A stretch of DNA of 64,000 nucleotides from a bacterium (GTDB taxonomy: Bacteria > Fidelibacterota > Fidelibacteria > Fidelibacterales > Fidelibacteraceae). The notes beneath the pieces are model-generated. The model was given only the letters and a program-made list of their open reading frames with translations, ran no database searches and was not told where the DNA came from. Both the position numbers and the translations under genes were made by a program. Positions 46,313 through 57,721 of the stretch are shown here, piece after piece (position 1 is the stretch's first letter; every line of letters begins with the position of its first letter). The stretch is from positions 992,001 to 1,056,000 of the forward strand of contig OY781066.1 in assembly GCA_963676395.1 (NCBI GenBank), written 5' to 3'.

Positions 46313-48787
46313 TTATTCACTGGTACCCAAAGAGTTAAAGCCATCACCATCTAAAGCATTAATACTTCGTTGCCTTTTGTAATTGTTGATCTTTAATGAT
46401 AAAGACAAAGATATCTTTGGGATTGCACTGGAACTTTCAGTATAGGTATATGTCGTTGGTGTGTAGTATTCAACTTTAGTGGAGCTTAAGCCCAAAAAAT
46501 TACTGGCAGATAAGCTGGCAGATAACTTACCTTTTAAAAAATCGTGACTCAAACTAAGGTTGGGCATTAAACCCATTGTAAACGAACCTTGGAGCGTTGT
46601 GATTTTCGGCATGTATATTAAAATGATTTGAATGCGGGTTTTTGTTGGCAAAACAAATGAGCTTCTCATATTGGCTGAGTAGCTCATTGTCTCTTTTGAG
46701 ATATCTTCACCCAACAAGGTCCCTTCAATTTTATGATAATATATATTTCCCGACACATTAAGCCTCCACCAGGAAAAAAGATTTAAATCTACCATCGTAT
46801 AAACACCTAAAGACTGATCTTTGCCAACATTTTCGTAGCGGCCCAAAATAACATTTTCATCTTCTTGATAGAGGGTTTGAATTCTTTCAACCCTATCGCT
46901 ATTACGGCTATAATAGGTATTTAATGAGAGTGAACATTTTTTAAAACTCTTTTGAATACTTAAAGAATATAAATCAATCATTTCCGATTTTAGCGCCGGA
47001 TTACCAATACTGACATGATATGCATCCTGCCAAGTATAAAACGGTTGCAACTGATAAGCAGATGGACGTTCAATCCGCCTTGAATAGGATGCCATTAAAT
47101 TTATATCACCGGGTAAGAGGTAAGATAAATGCAAACTTGGAAATACATTTAAACTATCAACAACAAATACAGAATCAACGGCATCACTATTGATCTCTCG
47201 ATAAGTATATTCTGCACGAATTCCGGGCTGAAAACCCAATTTCCCAATTTCTGTACTGTAAATACCAAAAGCTGACATGGTATTTTGTTTATATGCCGTC
47301 AGATTAGAAAACTGTTCTTGTAAAATATAATTTCTTGTAGAAGCCTCATAATCATAAACGTTTTTCCCGTCACTTTTCCAATTAAAATTTACACTGGCTC
47401 CTGTCTCGAAATATGAACTACTTCTTAAAGGGCGCTTATAATTGAACTTTCCATTAAGGCTGCTCGTGGGCCCCAAATCAATTGACCATTTTCCTCCGGT
47501 CGTATCTCCAAATTCATCAAGCAAAATATTTCTTGTTTCCCTGTTCGAATTTTGCTCTGAATACGATGCGATAAATTTCATTTGATGCTTAACAGAGGAA
47601 GATTTTCTTTTTACATCTGTCGTTGTAGATTTTGAATTATTGTTCTTTTCTTTTTCTGGAAAGGTATGCGAATAATCCACGACTGCATTAAAGATCATGC
47701 CACGACTCAAAGAATTATCATAATTCATATAATTTTGAGTGTTGAAAACCGTTCCATTTATAGGATCTTTATGAATTACAGTAAAATCTCTCATATAAGA
47801 TCTTACTGAATTCCGGGGACTATAATTCGTTGAGAAACCTATGACATCATTTTTTGTGAGATGCCAATCTAAACCACCTTTAATGCCTCCACCATAGCTT
47901 TTACTCTCCCTAATACCCTCAGAAATATTATTTACCGTTGTGTCGGCCAAATACAAATAGTGATCTCTAAAAGAATCCGATAGATTTTTCCCTAATCTAT
48001 AATCCAAGGAAAGGTAAGTCGAGATCTTTTTATTCCGATAACTTAACAAAGCCGTGCCGCTCATATTGTTTGTGCCCCCCCTTAATGAAGCCAAGCCACT
48101 AATTCCTTTAAGTTTATTGCGCTTTGTTACAATATTAATAACACCGCCTCCACCTTCGGCTTGATATTTGGCCGAAGGGTTAAGCATAATCTCAATATTA
48201 TCAATTAAATCTGCGGGGATGGTCTCAAGAGCGTTTTGAGGTTCAAGTATAGATGGACGCCCATCTATCATCACCGTAAAGCTTGAGCTGTTCAGTAATT
48301 TTACTTTCCTGTCAATATCCACGATCACAGTGGGGACATTTTCAAGAATATCAATCGCTGTACCACCTCGAGCCGAAGGGAATTGCGTTGCGTCAACCAC
48401 CTGCTTATCAATTTTATAAGTGATCGCTGCTTTCTCTGCCTCGACAATGACATTCTCCATTTCCACCAAGGCAGGATTTAAATGAATAGCACCTAACTTG
48501 ACTTTTTCACTGTCGACAATAATATTATCTACTTGTTTTTTTTCATAACCCATGTATGAAATTACAAGATAGTATTTACCTTCAGGTAGATTAAATATGC
48601 GGAAACAACCATCAACACCTGACATGGTTCCGGTTTTAATTGTTTCACTTTCTTTTTCATAAACCGCTATATTAGCAAAATCTAAAGCTTTTTTCGTTTT
48701 ATTATCTTTGACCACACCAGAAAGTGTCGCAGCTGACAAAACAGAGACACTTATGAGAGCAAATATAAATAAATTTTTAATCTTCAT
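46313..48787 (-). CDS. TonB-dependent receptor
   Basis: Signal peptide, carboxypeptidase-regulatory-like N-terminus, plug motif NPSAKYQAEGGGGVINI, GNPALKSE. Confidence 0.88.
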   Translation of the reverse strand: MKIKNLFIFALISVSVLSAATLSGVVKDNKTKKALDFANIAVYEKESETIKTGTMSGVDGCFRIFNLPEGKYYLVISYMGYEKKQVDNIIVDSEKVKLGAIHLNPALVEMENVIVEAEKAAITYKIDKQVVDATQFPSARGGTAIDILENVPTVIVDIDRKVKLLNSSSFTVMIDGRPSILEPQNALETIPADLIDNIEIMLNPSAKYQAEGGGGVINIVTKRNKLKGISGLASLRGGTNNMSGTALLSYRNKKISTYLSLDYRLGKNLSDSFRDHYLYLADTTVNNISEGIRESKSYGGGIKGGLDWHLTKNDVIGFSTNYSPRNSVRSYMRDFTVIHKDPINGTVFNTQNYMNYDNSLSRGMIFNAVVDYSHTFPEKEKNNNSKSTTTDVKRKSSSVKHQMKFIASYSEQNSNRETRNILLDEFGDTTGGKWSIDLGPTSSLNGKFNYKRPLRSSSYFETGASVNFNWKSDGKNVYDYEASTRNYILQEQFSNLTAYKQNTMSAFGIYSTEIGKLGFQPGIRAEYTYREINSDAVDSVFVVDSLNVFPSLHLSYLLPGDINLMASYSRRIERPSAYQLQPFYTWQDAYHVSIGNPALKSEMIDLYSLSIQKSFKKCSLSLNTYYSRNSDRVERIQTLYQEDENVILGRYENVGKDQSLGVYTMVDLNLFSWWRLNVSGNIYYHKIEGTLLGEDISKETMSYSANMRSSFVLPTKTRIQIILIYMPKITTLQGSFTMGLMPNLSLSHDFLKGKLSASLSASNFLGLSSTKVEYYTPTTYTYTESSSAIPKISLSLSLKINNYKRQRSINALDGDGFNSLGTSE

Positions 48788-49063
48788 ACATTTCCATATA
48801 CCTACCAAAATGATTACTTTACAACAACTGACTATTTAATTTAAAAACATACTAATATCATACCTAACAAAAATAATATTTGTTCCTCGTAAATACACGT
48901 AATCTCGACAACCAACTTCCAATTATAAACCGGATCTGTTTCTATCTTCTTACTTCGAGCTTCCGAATTTATCTTGTATATCCTATTTTAAACAACTATT
49001 TTAATCCTTCAAAAAATTAACTATTGCATACCCGCTCAAACGATCCTTTAGGGAGGGAATCTT

Positions 49064-50785
49064 ATGAAACGTTTTGCAAGTATAGACTTTTTACGTGGCT
49101 TTGCCATCTTCATGATGCTTATTTTGCATATGGTCAGTCATATTATCGATGTTGACACGCTAACGGCTGATATGTCACAAGTCAAATTCATTGAATTATT
49201 TCTCATGATCTTACTACCCTTTGGCGGTGGCCTGGCAGGTTTTTTTCTTATGGTATCTGCTATGGGAAATACGGTCAGCATGGAGCATGAGTTACAACGC
49301 AATACGGCAGGCAATGTTGTTGCCACCCGGCAGGTTGTCGGTGGATTAATTCTCCTCTTTTTTGCCATGTTGGTGGAGGGTTTGATCGGTTACCATGGTG
49401 CGGTAGGCGAAAACATCCATGAAGCATTGATGGCCGCCTCAAACCCTGCAATTGGCACTCACTCCTGGAGTTGGGATATTGCCACTTGGCGTTTTAATCA
49501 CTTCGAAACCATCCACACCATTGCCTGGGCGATCATTATCAATGGCTTGATCCACGGCATTTTGAGCTCAAAAGAAAAATATCGCGACAAAACAAAGCTT
49601 ATACGTACTTATATCATTATGGCTATCGTTGTATTGGTTCTTACACCGCTTATCTGGGGACTTGTAAAAGTTATTTCCCCCGGTTATCCCGCTCATCTTG
49701 GAAACTATTATCATTCGTATCCTCGTATTGGCGTTGATCCTTTCGGTCGCTTTGTTGCGGTTTTCTTTTTACAACCTCTTGCGGGATACCCCGAACCGCT
49801 CTTTCCCTATCTTGCAGCATCCTTTATTGGGACGATCTTCGGCATTTTCTTGACCATGCCAAAAGAACAACGAAAAGTAAAACTCTTTACAAAAACAACC
49901 CTGCGTATCGGCGTAATCATGTACTTGATTGGACTCGCAGGTCTCATCGCAAATATCATTTATGTTATCAACACAAAAGGTTTTGATGCCGGCTTGGATG
50001 TTTACATGCATATCTGGGATCATCGTGGATGGGTGCCCGAATTACGCGGCACACCCTGGCTGGGATGGTATTTCCAGTTCATGATCCTGAATGGTATGGG
50101 CATCCTTATTATTATGAGTATGCTTCGAATGGTTGAATTGCGGGGAATTGCCAAAGCATTTGGAAACAAAACACGCTTTATACGTCGATTTGGCTTTGTT
50201 GCATTTACCAACTACACAATACAATTCATATATTACATTGCGGCTTTTATTGCCGTAGACTGGGTCTTTGGTAATGTATACGGACCAAATGTCGGTCTTT
50301 GGGGTGAAACCATTTTGACTATTATCATCGGTATAAGTATGATGTATCTTATAAATATTCTTTGGGAAAAAGCACGTTTTGCCGGATCGCTTGAATGGAT
50401 GGTTAAACAAACAAATTATTTGTTCAATCCTGTACGTCGCAAAATTCTTAAAGAAAAAGGAATTAAGTGGTATCAAGCAGGTCTTCTTAATGTAAAAGAC
50501 GGTCTTTATGATGCTAATTGGGTCAATATTGTAGAAACCCATGAAATAGATCACAGTAAGGGTGAGGAATCTATTCTTGCAAGAAAACTTGCGCAAGTTG
50601 GTATCGTTTTCCCTTTCTACGCATACGTGAGTTACTTTATAGCAAAATTAGCCAAGAAAACCGAAGGTGAAACAAAAGAATATAAACATGCTATTATTTG
50701 GACAACCGTCATCATTATTATCGTCACACTCTTTCTTTTGGCTTCTTTCTTTATCTCACCGGCCACATTGGGTATTAGCTTATAA
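49064..50785 (+). CDS. Membrane acyltransferase-like protein (DUF1624/HGSNAT-like)
   Basis: SIDFLRGFAIFMMLILH N-terminal motif, many TM helices, PLFPYL, GSLEW. Confidence 0.7.
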   Translation: MKRFASIDFLRGFAIFMMLILHMVSHIIDVDTLTADMSQVKFIELFLMILLPFGGGLAGFFLMVSAMGNTVSMEHELQRNTAGNVVATRQVVGGLILLFFAMLVEGLIGYHGAVGENIHEALMAASNPAIGTHSWSWDIATWRFNHFETIHTIAWAIIINGLIHGILSSKEKYRDKTKLIRTYIIMAIVVLVLTPLIWGLVKVISPGYPAHLGNYYHSYPRIGVDPFGRFVAVFFLQPLAGYPEPLFPYLAASFIGTIFGIFLTMPKEQRKVKLFTKTTLRIGVIMYLIGLAGLIANIIYVINTKGFDAGLDVYMHIWDHRGWVPELRGTPWLGWYFQFMILNGMGILIIMSMLRMVELRGIAKAFGNKTRFIRRFGFVAFTNYTIQFIYYIAAFIAVDWVFGNVYGPNVGLWGETILTIIIGISMMYLINILWEKARFAGSLEWMVKQTNYLFNPVRRKILKEKGIKWYQAGLLNVKDGLYDANWVNIVETHEIDHSKGEESILARKLAQVGIVFPFYAYVSYFIAKLAKKTEGETKEYKHAIIWTTVIIIIVTLFLLASFFISPATLGISL

Positions 50786-50805
50786 ATTCTTTTTATAAAC
50801 AAAAC

Positions 50806-50832
50806 AGCCGTCATGTATTTGGCGGCTTTTTT
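50806..50832 (+). terminator. Rho-independent terminator
   Basis: AGCCGTCA...TGGCGGCT followed by a T-tract. Confidence 0.65.
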
Positions 50833-50937
50833 ACTTTGTTCAATTCTCATTTGCCGGTTTTAAATCTCTGATGACCGTTTACCGTTCACCGGCAACCGAT
50901 TTCTTGCTTCCGACTATTGTTTTCTGTAACTTAAGTC

Positions 50938-52515
50938 ATGAGAAAAATATCCTTCGTATCAATATCTATCATTTGCACCCTCCTTGTTTTGCTGATCGGC
51001 TGTGCCGCCGAAATGGCTCCGGGCGGGGGACCCTCCGATAAGACACCACCTGAACTTATATTACAAAACATATCTGATGCATCCGTCAATACTGACCCAA
51101 AACAAACATTTTTGTTTACGTTTTCTGAAAAGTTGAATTCTGATGTTATTAAAAGAAACGTAAGCCTTTTCCCAATAAAAGAAAATGTCTTTGATGTGAG
51201 TTATCGAAATAAAACCATTGCAATTTCACCTGTCCAAAGCTGGGAAGACAGCACTATTTATACATTGATCTTTGAAAAAGGGATAAGTGATCTACGCTCA
51301 AATGCTCTTAGGGCGCCAATTCAATTTACTTTTTCCACCGGAGATCAAATACCCAAAAACATGATCAATGGAAAAATATTTAATCTCCCATCAAACAAAA
51401 CCGCTAAGATCTTTTTAAGCCGTGTGGTCCAAAACGCTCCCCAAATTATTTCAAAGCCGGAATATTTTACTCAAAGCGATAATGAAGGAAATTTTTCTTT
51501 TTCATATATGCCGGCAGATACCTTTTATATTGCGGCTTATATAGATGAAGACAATAGTAACAGTTATAAAGAAACCTTTGACTTCCCCTGCATTCCCGAA
51601 TCAGAATATATTATCCCGGACACATCCGGTAATACTTTTCGCCTTCAAGCCGTACCCGATAATTTTGCACAAGCCAGGTTGATACGGGCGCAAAGCATAT
51701 CCCCTTGGGAAAGCGAATTGTCATTTTCAAAAATTCTCTCAGATAATACATCAAAAGAAAATATCACACTTGAGGGCATGTCGATCGACACAATAATAAT
51801 TAAAGATAAAACTATCTCGCTCTACCATGCAGAAGCGAAAGATAGTCTTCTAATAACATATTCAGGGTTAAATGACCAATTAAATGTTGAACTTGACGAC
51901 AGTAGCTTTTATATCATGATCGAAAAATGGGAAAACGATTATTATCAGTTTAAACAAATGGAGACTGCATTAAGAGTATATCCTCACCTTGGCTTAAAAA
52001 AACTTTTAGGAACTTTCCAATCTCAAGATACTACAGAAATTTCCCTGACTGAAACCTTACCGGGTTTTTATTCATTACCCGAAGTAAAAAAAGAGAAAAA
52101 AGGAAAACTTATTCTGGATCTTTCGAAGAATATGGTCCAAGAAACCTCAAGCTCCGACAGTATATATAATATTGATCTCAAACTGCCGACGAAACCAGAA
52201 TATGGTCGCGTATTGGCTTATTGCCAAGAAAAGCAAAACCCTCATGTCCGGTTTGTTCTGGAAAACAAAAAACAAAAATACGAAACAATAGCAAACGGTC
52301 AAGATATTCTATTTAATGAAGTTTTGCCGGGAACATATACACTAAAATACTATGTTGATAAGAATGCCGATCTAAGGAGAAACTATGGATCTTTAACTCC
52401 CTTTAAAAGCCCGGAATTCTTATTCTTTCTTGATGAAAATATTGATGTAAAAGCACGTTGGGATACAGAGTTAACCGATCCATTCAAGATTGAGATTGAA
52501 AACAAAAAACAATAG
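50938..52515 (+). CDS. Ig-like (Big_5) domain lipoprotein
   Basis: LIGCA...P.GGP.DKTPP, F.FSE, FSTG. Confidence 0.8.
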   Translation: MRKISFVSISIICTLLVLLIGCAAEMAPGGGPSDKTPPELILQNISDASVNTDPKQTFLFTFSEKLNSDVIKRNVSLFPIKENVFDVSYRNKTIAISPVQSWEDSTIYTLIFEKGISDLRSNALRAPIQFTFSTGDQIPKNMINGKIFNLPSNKTAKIFLSRVVQNAPQIISKPEYFTQSDNEGNFSFSYMPADTFYIAAYIDEDNSNSYKETFDFPCIPESEYIIPDTSGNTFRLQAVPDNFAQARLIRAQSISPWESELSFSKILSDNTSKENITLEGMSIDTIIIKDKTISLYHAEAKDSLLITYSGLNDQLNVELDDSSFYIMIEKWENDYYQFKQMETALRVYPHLGLKKLLGTFQSQDTTEISLTETLPGFYSLPEVKKEKKGKLILDLSKNMVQETSSSDSIYNIDLKLPTKPEYGRVLAYCQEKQNPHVRFVLENKKQKYETIANGQDILFNEVLPGTYTLKYYVDKNADLRRNYGSLTPFKSPEFLFFLDENIDVKARWDTELTDPFKIEIENKKQ

Positions 52516-52553
52516 AATTATATTACACGGCTATAAATATTAATGAGGAAAAC

Positions 52554-53648
52554 ATGAAACACTACTATAGTGTCATTCTCGCCGGCGGCGTTGGAAAACG
52601 CTTTTGGCCTTTGAGTAAAAAAAGTCATCCCAAACAATTATTAGATATTGTTGGTTCTAAAAGTATGATCAATTTAACGATTGATCGATTAAAAACACTA
52701 ACGCCTTTAGATCATATATTTATTATGACCAATGCAAACATGGCCAAAATGATCCTTGCACAAAACGATGAACTTAGTTATGACAACTTTATCATCGAAC
52801 CATCGGGCAAAAATACAGCACCGGCAATTGGTCTGGCGGCACACCATTTACTAAAAAAAGATAACCGTGCCATCATGGGATTATTTCCTGCTGATCATTT
52901 GATTACTGATATTGATAATTTTAATAAAACCGTTTCTTCGGCTATCAAAGCTGCCACAATACATGAATCACTATTTACTTTTGGAATAAAACCCACATAT
53001 CCTGCCACAGGATACGGTTATGTACAGGTAGATAAAGACATAGAAATAAATGTATCTCCGGGAACCAGTGACGCACAAATCTTTAAATCAAAAACTTTTG
53101 CAGAAAAACCAGATATTAACACCGCAAAACTTTTCCTGAAATCAGGAGAATTCTTCTGGAACAGTGGCATGTTTGTGTGGAAAGCTCAAACCATTATAAA
53201 TAAGATCAATAGATACCTCCCGGAAACTGGCGATATTCTTAAAGACATATCAAAGCTCATCGGCCAGAATAACTACGAGAAAGATGCAAAAAAATTGTGG
53301 AAAACGATTACACCCATATCAATTGATTATGGTGTGCTTGAACAATCTTCACGAATTAATGTTGTAAAATCTGATTTTGACTGGAATGATGTTGGTAGTT
53401 GGGACACTGTTTATAAGATAGAAGATAAAGATAAAAACAAGAATGTTTTTAGATCAAAGGGCTTAATGCTTAGATCAAGTGGAAATTATGTTTACAGTAA
53501 TGATCTGAAAATCTTTGCATTGGGTGTTAAAAATCTTGTGATCGTTGAGAGCGAAGGCGCATTGCTCATTATGCCTCGTGCTGAAGCGGAAAACATCAAA
53601 GAGATTGTTGATTCTCTGCCCGTAATTGGCGAAGAGGAATTATTATAA
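52554..53648 (+). CDS. manC: Mannose-1-phosphate guanylyltransferase
   Basis: LAGGVGKRFWPLS..PKQ, EP.GKNTAPAI, TGYGY, WNSGMF, WNDVGSW. Confidence 0.9.
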   Translation: MKHYYSVILAGGVGKRFWPLSKKSHPKQLLDIVGSKSMINLTIDRLKTLTPLDHIFIMTNANMAKMILAQNDELSYDNFIIEPSGKNTAPAIGLAAHHLLKKDNRAIMGLFPADHLITDIDNFNKTVSSAIKAATIHESLFTFGIKPTYPATGYGYVQVDKDIEINVSPGTSDAQIFKSKTFAEKPDINTAKLFLKSGEFFWNSGMFVWKAQTIINKINRYLPETGDILKDISKLIGQNNYEKDAKKLWKTITPISIDYGVLEQSSRINVVKSDFDWNDVGSWDTVYKIEDKDKNKNVFRSKGLMLRSSGNYVYSNDLKIFALGVKNLVIVESEGALLIMPRAEAENIKEIVDSLPVIGEEELL

Positions 53649-53899
53649 TGAAAGCAAAAACCATACTGGAACATATCACAAAATTTATGAAAGAAAATGA
53701 TTTTGATGTAGTTTTTGGGAGGGGTGCCTTTACCGGCGGACATTGTATTATAAATGAAAATCGTGTTATTGTCGTTAACAAACGTGTTCCGGCCGAAGAA
53801 CAGATTCGCGTGCTTTCAATGGTTATACATGAATTAGATATGGATTATTCAAATTTACGTAAAGAAGCTAAAGAATTTGTGGATAGGTTTGTGCAATAG
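53648..53899 (+). CDS. Hypothetical protein
   Basis: TAATG overlap with manC; G.F.GG.C motif. Confidence 0.7.
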   Translation: MKAKTILEHITKFMKENDFDVVFGRGAFTGGHCIINENRVIVVNKRVPAEEQIRVLSMVIHELDMDYSNLRKEAKEFVDRFVQ

Positions 53900-54063
53900 T
53901 TTTATTCAAAACTATAATCTTGAATTTTAAAATATCGGGGTGCAATAAATTTGTACCCTTTTTATTTTATTAAAAATCCCGGATCAATAATAAACCGGAT
54001 GCTGCATATCCGGCCCCTATGTAATACACCCGCTTATTATATAATAGAAATTATTCTTTCGCT

Positions 54064-54771
54064 TTAAAAACCCGAACGCGCCTTCACCAGCTTCTCGGGA
54101 TAATTTGTAAAAAATCCATCTACACCGTCAACATATAAGATCTTGGCTACCTTGGGGTCATCAACCGTCCACACATAGACCTTTAATCCATAATCGTGCG
54201 CCAGGTCTATCCACTTTTTCTTAACGGTCCGTACATTATAATGAACAGCAATGGGCTGAAGCACTTTTACTCTTTTCTTTATTTTCTTAGGCCTTCTGTT
54301 GTACAAAAGCGCCGTAGATATTTCGGGACAAATTTCATGAAAGCGTTTTAATTCTTTGTAATTAAATGAGGAAATAAAAAAATTCTCTGCCTTCCATTGC
54401 CCGGTTCGTATCGCATTTTGTATAAGCATTCCGGTCGGAACGGACGTTTTCTTTGATTTCAATTCAATATTCAAATCAATATTAGCATCAAGGTGTACCA
54501 GCATTTCTTTAAGGGTAGGAATTGTTTGCCCTTTGCCCGCATCTAATTTTTTCAAACCGGCTAATTTCCGCTTTTTAATTTTACCTTTAGCGCCCGTTAT
54601 CCGCTTCAATTTGCTATCATGAAATACCATAATTTCACCGGATTTACAAATTTGGACATCACATTCAATTGCATCCGCCTTTTCTTCAACAGCCTTGCTA
54701 AAAGCCACTAAAGTGTTTTCCGGTTCGCTACCTGAAGCTCCACGATGTGCAATAATTGGGATTTTATGCAT
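54064..54771 (-). CDS. Glycerophosphodiester phosphodiesterase
   Basis: IAHRGAS..PENT, E.DVQ, HD, NIELK, VWTV. Confidence 0.92.
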   Translation of the reverse strand: MHKIPIIAHRGASGSEPENTLVAFSKAVEEKADAIECDVQICKSGEIMVFHDSKLKRITGAKGKIKKRKLAGLKKLDAGKGQTIPTLKEMLVHLDANIDLNIELKSKKTSVPTGMLIQNAIRTGQWKAENFFISSFNYKELKRFHEICPEISTALLYNRRPKKIKKRVKVLQPIAVHYNVRTVKKKWIDLAHDYGLKVYVWTVDDPKVAKILYVDGVDGFFTNYPEKLVKARSGF

Positions 54772-55777
54772 AACCGTTCGGGTTTTTACTTTGCCAGTTC
54801 CATGAATGCTTTACCATATCTTCGAGATTATAACTCGCCTCCCATTTTAGCATTTTTTTTGCTTTGCTAACGTCTGCATATGAACTTGCAATATCTCCGG
54901 GACGTCTTTCAATCAATTTATATGGTATTTTTATGTTATTTACTCTCTCAAAAGCATGCACAACTTCCAATACGGAATTCCCTTTGCCGGTACCCAAATT
55001 ATAGATCGCAGGAGCACAAGATTCCTTGGGACCTTGTAATGCCTTAACATGTCCATCGGCAAGATCCATAACATGGATATAATCCCTGACTCCCGTACCA
55101 TCCGGTGTAGGATAATCATGTCCAAAAATCTTTAATTCTTTAAGTTTTCCAACCGCAACCTGAGCAATAAAAGGCATTAAGTTATTGGGGATGCCATTGG
55201 GATCTTCTCCAATCATACCACTTGGATGAGCGCCCACAGGATTAAAATACCTTAACAGAGTAACACTCCATTGCGGGTCAGCAACTTTAATATCCGTTAA
55301 TATTTTTTCAATAAATAATTTTGTTCTGCCGTAAGGATTTATTGCCGAGGTGGGATAATCTTCAACAAAGGGCACATCTTCATTCATGCCATATACTGTG
55401 GCAGATGAAGAAAATACAATATTTTTAACACCGGCCTCAAACATTGTTTCACACAACACTAAGGTACCGTTAATATTATTACTATAGTACATCATAGGTT
55501 TAGCGACCGATTCACCAACCGCTTTATAACCGGCAAAATGAATGACCGCATCAATCTTATTCTCATAAAAGATTCTTCGCATTGCTTCTTTATCACAAAC
55601 ATCATTCATATAAAACTTAACGTGTTTTCCAGAGATCTCATTTATGCGCTTAACAGCCATTTCCTTACTGTTGGTCAAATTATCTACAATAATAACATCA
55701 TATCCGACTGCCAGCAGTTGGGTGCAAGTATGGGATCCGATATATCCGGCCCCTCCGGTTACAAGTATGGTTTTCAC
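54764..55777 (-). CDS. galE: UDP-glucose 4-epimerase
   Basis: GGAGYIGSH, KAVGES, SSSATVYG, YGRTK, LRYFNPVGAH, RDYIHV. Confidence 0.96.
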   Translation of the reverse strand: MKTILVTGGAGYIGSHTCTQLLAVGYDVIIVDNLTNSKEMAVKRINEISGKHVKFYMNDVCDKEAMRRIFYENKIDAVIHFAGYKAVGESVAKPMMYYSNNINGTLVLCETMFEAGVKNIVFSSSATVYGMNEDVPFVEDYPTSAINPYGRTKLFIEKILTDIKVADPQWSVTLLRYFNPVGAHPSGMIGEDPNGIPNNLMPFIAQVAVGKLKELKIFGHDYPTPDGTGVRDYIHVMDLADGHVKALQGPKESCAPAIYNLGTGKGNSVLEVVHAFERVNNIKIPYKLIERRPGDIASSYADVSKAKKMLKWEASYNLEDMVKHSWNWQSKNPNGYA

Positions 55778-55993
55778 GCTGTCTCCTTAAATGTGGAATA
55801 AAATATTATTTTCAATCTTGATTTCCAAGATTTTACAAGCTTTATTTAAATCATTACATGTCGTATTCTACAACTTTGGAATTTTTTTACATGATTTTCT
55901 TAGCTGTGCCTAAATAAGTACTATAATAGAAAGCCAAAAAACAATAAACCTAAACACTGAAACTATCTTTAATGTTATTTATTGTTCAAAAAA

Positions 55994-56009
55994 TGTGACC
56001 TGCATCACA
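55994..56009. promoter_or_regulatory. CRP/FNR-family-like box in the galE/comM divergent region
   Basis: aaaTGTGA-cctgca-TCACActtt. Confidence 0.6.
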
Positions 56010-56061
56010 CTTTAAAATCTGCTATTTTTTTAGCAGTATTTTTATAGTATTTTTTGTTGGG

Positions 56062-57603
56062 ATGAAAACAATTACGCAATGCTTTTCTGCGGCTTTACAC
56101 GGGATCAAAGCCTACGAGGTCACGATTGAGACTCGCCTAGACCGATCTACACCCAAATATTTTATTGTCGGATTAGCCGAAAAAGCTGTTAAAGAGAGCT
56201 TCTCAAGAATGCTTTCTGCCATAAAATCCAGTAATTATCGAATGCCGGGGTGTAAAATCACTCAAAACCTGGCTCCCGCCGATATACCTAAAGTCGGAAC
56301 GGGGTTTGATCTTTCTTTGGCTCTCGGACTTCTAGCCGGTGGTGAGATAGTTGATGATGAACGCTTGCAAGATTTTATCTGTATTGGTGAGTTAGCCTTA
56401 GATGGTACAATCAGACCTTCAAAAGGCATCCTCCCCATCGCTATAGGTATGAAAGATTTCAATCAAAAAAATTTGATTGTACCCAAAGTCAATGCCCGAG
56501 AAGCTGCAATGCCGGGTTTTTGCACCGTTTGGGGAGCAGAGACGCTCACCGATGCGGTAAATATTATTAATGGTCAAACCGATATTAAACCTGAATCCGT
56601 GGATATTAAAAGCTTCTTTAGAGGGGGCGAAAACCATCAGGTAGACTTCAGTGAAGTCAAGGGACAAGCGCATGTAAAACGCGCTCTGGAAGTCGCTGCG
56701 GCCGGTGGTCATAATATTGTACTCATCGGCCCTCCCGGCTCCGGTAAATCAATGCTTGCAAAGCGATTCCCAACCATACTTCCCGACCTTACTTTGCAAG
56801 AAGCGATGGAAACAACTGCGATCTACTCCGTAGCAGAAGACATTTCGGAAACCAGCCTGATTACCCGAAGACCGTTTCGATCACCACATCATACCGTATC
56901 AGATTCAGCACTGGTGGGTGGTGGCAGAATACCACGTCCGGGAGAAGTAAGTCTTGCCCATAATGGCGTGCTCTTTCTTGATGAATTCCCGGAATTTAAA
57001 AAGAATGTGCTCGAGGTTCTTCGACAACCATTGGAAGATGGGCAAGTTACCATCAGTAGAGCTTTAACCTCCCTGACGTATCCCGCATCATTTATGCTGG
57101 TTGCGGCCATGAATCCCTGTCCCTGCGGTTATGCCAGCGACCCGGATCATGATTGCTCGTGCAGTATCGGTCAAATACACAATTATCTTGCCAGAATTTC
57201 CGGACCATTGTTAGATAGAATAGATCTCCATGTAAATGTACCGCCCGTCAGTTATGAAGAGATCAGTAATAGAGAAGATAGCGAAAAATCGGCTTCTATA
57301 AGGCAAAGAGTGTCAACAGCAAGAGACATTCAAACACAACGATTCAAAAACTATAAGCGAGTGCATTGTAATGCTCAAATGGCAGCAAGAGATATAAAAA
57401 AGTATTGCGAATTGAATGCCGAGTGCAGAGATTTGTTAAAGGTGGCAATTATACGTTTAGGCCTCAGTGCTCGTGCTTACACTCGAATCCTGAAAGTGGC
57501 TCGCACCATAGCAGATCTTGAAGGAATAGAAAATATAAATGCTTCGCACATTTCAGAAGCAATCCATTATAGGAATTTAGACCGACACGAAGGATTGTAT
57601 TAA
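56062..57603 (+). CDS. comM: YifB/ComM Mg-chelatase-like AAA ATPase
   Basis: [51 protein letters not shown]. Confidence 0.92.
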   Translation: MKTITQCFSAALHGIKAYEVTIETRLDRSTPKYFIVGLAEKAVKESFSRMLSAIKSSNYRMPGCKITQNLAPADIPKVGTGFDLSLALGLLAGGEIVDDERLQDFICIGELALDGTIRPSKGILPIAIGMKDFNQKNLIVPKVNAREAAMPGFCTVWGAETLTDAVNIINGQTDIKPESVDIKSFFRGGENHQVDFSEVKGQAHVKRALEVAAAGGHNIVLIGPPGSGKSMLAKRFPTILPDLTLQEAMETTAIYSVAEDISETSLITRRPFRSPHHTVSDSALVGGGRIPRPGEVSLAHNGVLFLDEFPEFKKNVLEVLRQPLEDGQVTISRALTSLTYPASFMLVAAMNPCPCGYASDPDHDCSCSIGQIHNYLARISGPLLDRIDLHVNVPPVSYEEISNREDSEKSASIRQRVSTARDIQTQRFKNYKRVHCNAQMAARDIKKYCELNAECRDLLKVAIIRLGLSARAYTRILKVARTIADLEGIENINASHISEAIHYRNLDRHEGLY

Positions 57604-57672
57604 TACATCATTTCCTACCATGTCTAGCCTTAACAAATGAAGAAAAGTTGACAATTAAATTAAGGCTTAAAA

Positions 57673-57705
57673 TAAAAAAGGGTGGTCAACCGACACACCC
57701 TTTTA
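57673..57705. terminator. Bidirectional terminator
   Basis: AAAAGGGTG...CACCCTTTT between convergent genes. Confidence 0.7.
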
Positions 57706-57721
57706 TAATAACCAGACAAAA

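Noticed and set aside
56062..57603. comM as an island insertion site
   Set aside because: The gene is intact and full length
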